A stretch of 64,000 nucleotides of DNA, taken from NCBI GenBank assembly GCA_000002435.2, contig CM018790.1, one strand, 5' to 3'. The DNA is from Giardia intestinalis (lineage: Eukaryota). The notes under the pieces are model-generated. The model was not told where the DNA came from. It saw only the letters and a program-made list of their open reading frames with translations, and did not search any database. How positions within the stretch are numbered: position 1 is the first letter of the stretch; each line of letters begins with the position of its first letter. Shown in pieces: positions 61,801 to 64,000 of the stretch. The position numbers were made by a program, and so were the translations under genes.

Positions 61801-63718
61801 TGTCCAGACACGCACAGATCACTCCCACTGGGCCACGCATGTAGGTGGCTAAGCGCTCAAAGTCTGTAGACGTCCTCACAACATGTGGTGACGACAATCG
61901 CGTGCCAGCAATGAGCATTGTACTCACCATGATCTGAAAATTGGAGCGGCTCACAAGCTTGGAAATGCGAGCTATGTTGGTAGTATCAAATATATCAATT
62001 TTTCTGTCATTGGAAAGAAGCTGACCCTGCCTTGCAAGCGTTGCAGATGCAAGCTTGAAGCTTAGTTCCAAGCAGTCATCCATTCCTAAGATTGATAAGA
62101 ATTTAGCCTTAAACAAATAATTATTGATGTCTTTAAGGGATACATGCTGCGGAATCATCAAACTATTCATCCCGTCTAAGTATGACGTATCTTGGCTGAT
62201 GTTGCTCTGATTCGTTATCGCAGTACTGAGGCGCCCTCTTTCCTCTTCATCAACGTCTGGGAAAAGCACACTAATACTATCTCCTACGACGCGGACCCTG
62301 TCGTTGGTCAAGACGCTAGAATCTTGACAGTTGGTTTCAGACTTTCTTTGCGGCTGGGTTAATGAAAGACTGATCTTACGGTCAGTATTTTGAAGACGTG
62401 GTCCGCTGCTGATAAGTGCCGATAACCCGTCGTCATCATCCTTGTCGATTCGACGCTGAATTTTGTACCCTTTGACCCTAGGCTTCTCCAGATCCCTATC
62501 TGCATCCAGAGGCTCGCCGTCAACAATATTAATTAGGAGATACTCCATCATGTCGTCGATATTATTGAAACCTTTGTGCGCAAGAGACTCCAGCTGCAGA
62601 AGAATTCGTCTGCTGAGGATTTCTACGAAGCCCTCGTTTTGAATTAACAGTTTAAAGTTCTTAATGGAGTAGTCATTTGCCACCTCCGACTTTTCCTCTG
62701 TCAGAAGAGCTGAGATTTGCGGTAGAATAGCAGGAGTCACCAGGGCATTCTGCGTCAGGATCTGGCCCTGGAGACCGCGTAAAGCCAACTGACGTCCGGC
62801 CTGAATGATGGCCTTCATCTTTGCATTTTCCTCCGGGATGTCAGAATAGGATATCGTGGTCCGGCCTTGCTGCGTGGCCTCTGTCTTCAAAGGCTTGCAG
62901 ACCTGTTTGTAGCGAGCCGTAATGTCATCTCTCCAGCTGTCCACAAGCCTTCTGATATTAACCATCGTTTTCTGCCGCTCCTTCGCCATAGAATATGTAT
63001 CCATGTACGAAAGAATGTGCTGCCTGTCCCGCTTGCTCAGATTCGTCCGGCTCTGGTGTGCATCATCGCTACCTTCTAGCCCAGCATCACTGCTGTTTAG
63101 ACGAGTTGATGGGTCGGTCTCATGCCTAGCATGCCTGTGCCTAACAAGCCTGAGAGAAGCAGGCCAGATAGAACCACCGCTTTCAGAAACAGCACCCGAG
63201 GTCAGGACCCGTGCTGATTGAGTAATCTGAACATTCGCTAAAAGAGGGTATTGGAACCCAATGGAAGCTCCAATTAAAGGAAAACTAAGAGTCGATTGAA
63301 GAGAGTCGTTAAACACCATCGGCATCGTAATTATTTTCTGTAAATCGGCCAAAGTGTCCAAGACAACAGTCATGTTGAGCATATCGTTGCAGTACTTGTT
63401 TATCAAATTAACAATATACAAAGATTCGAGTGAGGGGCTCTGAACTGGTACAGGAGAGAGAGGCGCACTCGAAAGCGTCTCCAATAAACTATAGACCCCG
63501 CACAGAATGTTCCCAAATATATAATTTGGATTTCCATTGCTATACCGAGCAGCTTTCCCGATAAATTCGGCTAATAGTGGGTTCTGTACCGGCTGCTTAG
63601 CATTCTTGTCCGAAGCGCCTGCTGCCTTCATACTGGTATTTGCAGATGTAGCACCCATAACGGTTGATCCCTGGTTCTGCCTGTTAGCCTTTCCACGTAG
63701 TTGTATGGGGGCTTCCAT
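58871..63718 (-). CDS. Giant hypothetical protein (~1615 aa).
   Basis: The listed start at 63856 is GTG; the frame has a stop at 63995-63997. The first in-frame ATG is at 63716-63718. 4.8-kb continuous ORF. No domain recognised. Confidence 0.55.
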   Translation of the reverse strand: MEAPIQLRGKANRQNQGSTVMGATSANTSMKAAGASDKNAKQPVQNPLLAEFIGKAARYSNGNPNYIFGNILCGVYSLLETLSSAPLSPVPVQSPSLESLYIVNLINKYCNDMLNMTVVLDTLADLQKIITMPMVFNDSLQSTLSFPLIGASIGFQYPLLANVQITQSARVLTSGAVSESGGSIWPASLRLVRHRHARHETDPSTRLNSSDAGLEGSDDAHQSRTNLSKRDRQHILSYMDTYSMAKERQKTMVNIRRLVDSWRDDITARYKQVCKPLKTEATQQGRTTISYSDIPEENAKMKAIIQAGRQLALRGLQGQILTQNALVTPAILPQISALLTEEKSEVANDYSIKNFKLLIQNEGFVEILSRRILLQLESLAHKGFNNIDDMMEYLLINIVDGEPLDADRDLEKPRVKGYKIQRRIDKDDDDGLSALISSGPRLQNTDRKISLSLTQPQRKSETNCQDSSVLTNDRVRVVGDSISVLFPDVDEEERGRLSTAITNQSNISQDTSYLDGMNSLMIPQHVSLKDINNYLFKAKFLSILGMDDCLELSFKLASATLARQGQLLSNDRKIDIFDTTNIARISKLVSRSNFQIMVSTMLIAGTRLSSPHVVRTSTDFERLATYMRGPVGVICACLDSEQSMQLLGTDSCLLALAITKTLFKSAIGTSDTSQKRQGKRGKIVVPLGYDYSEQLLVSALLAYDNFMKYLISKVAGYNVEEVHVWTKNDTQSTVATKLRERKYNKEDVDSMMEILKITPIRNYYSKQFNDLLEGEANTHVVKLPKDATKITAFPSNESIAGSIAGSVAISLYDRQPKRIGDDVSEVGSTLRRNAAGMSATTSVMSGLSGLASEKKAKAISPELQAELDAMPFYNVPGDGVYAYPPFWAMGAYIFVLWSMKLMDARHIARALQTSFRRYIELKQEQYKDDVYFQEHGKRRKTMKDFADDSIGSDVDSGKSCDTTISVDADLVAGVSPSGNNLSCNTTSMNIHGTNDVHPSPSLSRLSFEDLKNYKSLKMQKSNYAKQVSINHYSAIQEYLKSDTLDGGMFAPLPYRFKSNAEFMEYVLDSTLPENDKFANPNDPASKNIMRLCAFLSLAEWLSLRGETVISTYATSLADHILKIMITSGTAASDSPFFLHQQLRGIIISMRNMLYERRYAPALEFADSVLRGSLGPALIPKVKACPAFLYLRARIITNMNISLLMKAYDPTTIQASGQLEQSSQYGLSTMLSNDSTRALLNETSRMAIQAYQLASRSKQGGRDDFFRGSTSTYDSYLPVEFLYTIALILFSSINIVGVIRSIFASTSVKSKEASSEEVKQKVDLMFTEVPKYQDTRSNAVDEDDRNMDTLNDFTSLLPLPKPTYSRQPYDITSDATSTQMMYMREQYNANKLIKVQQLKDSKEPVKMSVDLLKELKARAKEIVVDAGGDTELLTSDSRNNSPGHGVVASSANIASMMQQKIQDTTAVDFDNTIAALASATITNRTLTPERTQKDVSRALILASSALKNLILKYPHLGQAWASFSLTQLAMGNVVESRLSSSIATLLAPEAIESWISWVCCELQEIHGIKSSNGTVNQSRIAEVRNYMRQIEAMGVLYTMLRVVWVDICQFASEVLK

Positions 63719-64000
63719 ACCTGCAGAAGTGGGCCTGGATCGACCCACAGAAGCAGCATCGGATCCGTCTTCGCTACAAACACCGTTATTATATAGAGTT
63801 TCAAACTCATCCTCTTCTATGCCAGCCTGGCCGGCAACACCAGTCCAGCTAGACACAACCGGTGGGAAGAAGGCGGAAAAGATTGCCTCATCATATGGCA
63901 GTAATGGGTAGACACTATCGCAGGATGCATACTGGCAGACAGGGCTGAGTATGGAGCTAGCGTTGATCCGGGTATAACAGTACGCTGCAAGCGGTTCAGC

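Noticed and set aside
1-64000. Prokaryotic reading of the ORF track: starts rendered as M at GTG/TTG codons, e.g. 145, 2497, 9223, 19132, 19258, 26766, 33947, 53409, 63856.
   Set aside because: The gene content (VSPs, ankyrin 21.1, NDR kinase, bystin, MO25, SAC1, IFT22) is eukaryotic and Giardia-like. I checked the bases by hand and moved starts to the first in-frame ATG where I could. The alternative starts are artefacts of the ORF caller's translation table.
1-64000. Search for CRISPR arrays, tandem repeats, transposase genes or tRNA/rRNA genes.
   Set aside because: No short direct-repeat/spacer periodicity, RT or transposase motifs, or rRNA-like stretches were seen by eye. tRNAs cannot be reliably excluded without a covariance-model scan such as tRNAscan-SE.

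Overview
The window reads as nuclear DNA of a diplomonad, almost certainly Giardia intestinalis (lamblia). The evidence is: two variant-specific surface protein (VSP) genes ending in the invariant ...[10 protein letters not shown](I/L)CRGKA tail, each followed by the extended VSP 3' motif ACTYAGRTAGTRAAY; several 'Protein 21.1'-type ankyrin-repeat genes with the GxTALMxAA repeat; degenerate NEK-like kinases; long intron-less ORFs; and intergenic spacers of 12-300 bp with AT-rich stretches just upstream of ATGs. The supplied ORF track uses bacterial start codons (GTG/TTG rendered as M). I moved starts to the first in-frame ATG where I could verify it by hand. About 25 protein-coding genes are supported. 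Those I could identify by similarity from memory are: a Hippo/RAM-type NDR/LATS AGC kinase, the MO25/CAB39 scaffold, SAC1 phosphoinositide phosphatase, bystin/ENP1, a TTLL tubulin ligase, an IFT22/RABL5-like GTPase, a CFAP300 homolog, a PQ-loop transporter, an MFS-like transporter, an LRR protein and a giant type-I membrane glycoprotein. Three giant ORFs (1871, 2057 and 1615 aa) are lineage-specific hypotheticals. The most unusual part is 38-56 kb. It contains a GC-rich block of gene debris: a 127-aa mini-VSP, overlapping GC-driven ORFs and a decayed NEK-kinase/ankyrin pseudogene. That block is followed by two ~0.7-kb direct repeats (~85% identical, with a 216-nt core that is 100% identical) flanking an 11-kb four-gene segment, and the second repeat lies next to a full-length VSP. 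No rRNA, CRISPR or transposon coding sequence was recognised; tRNAs could not be screened by eye.
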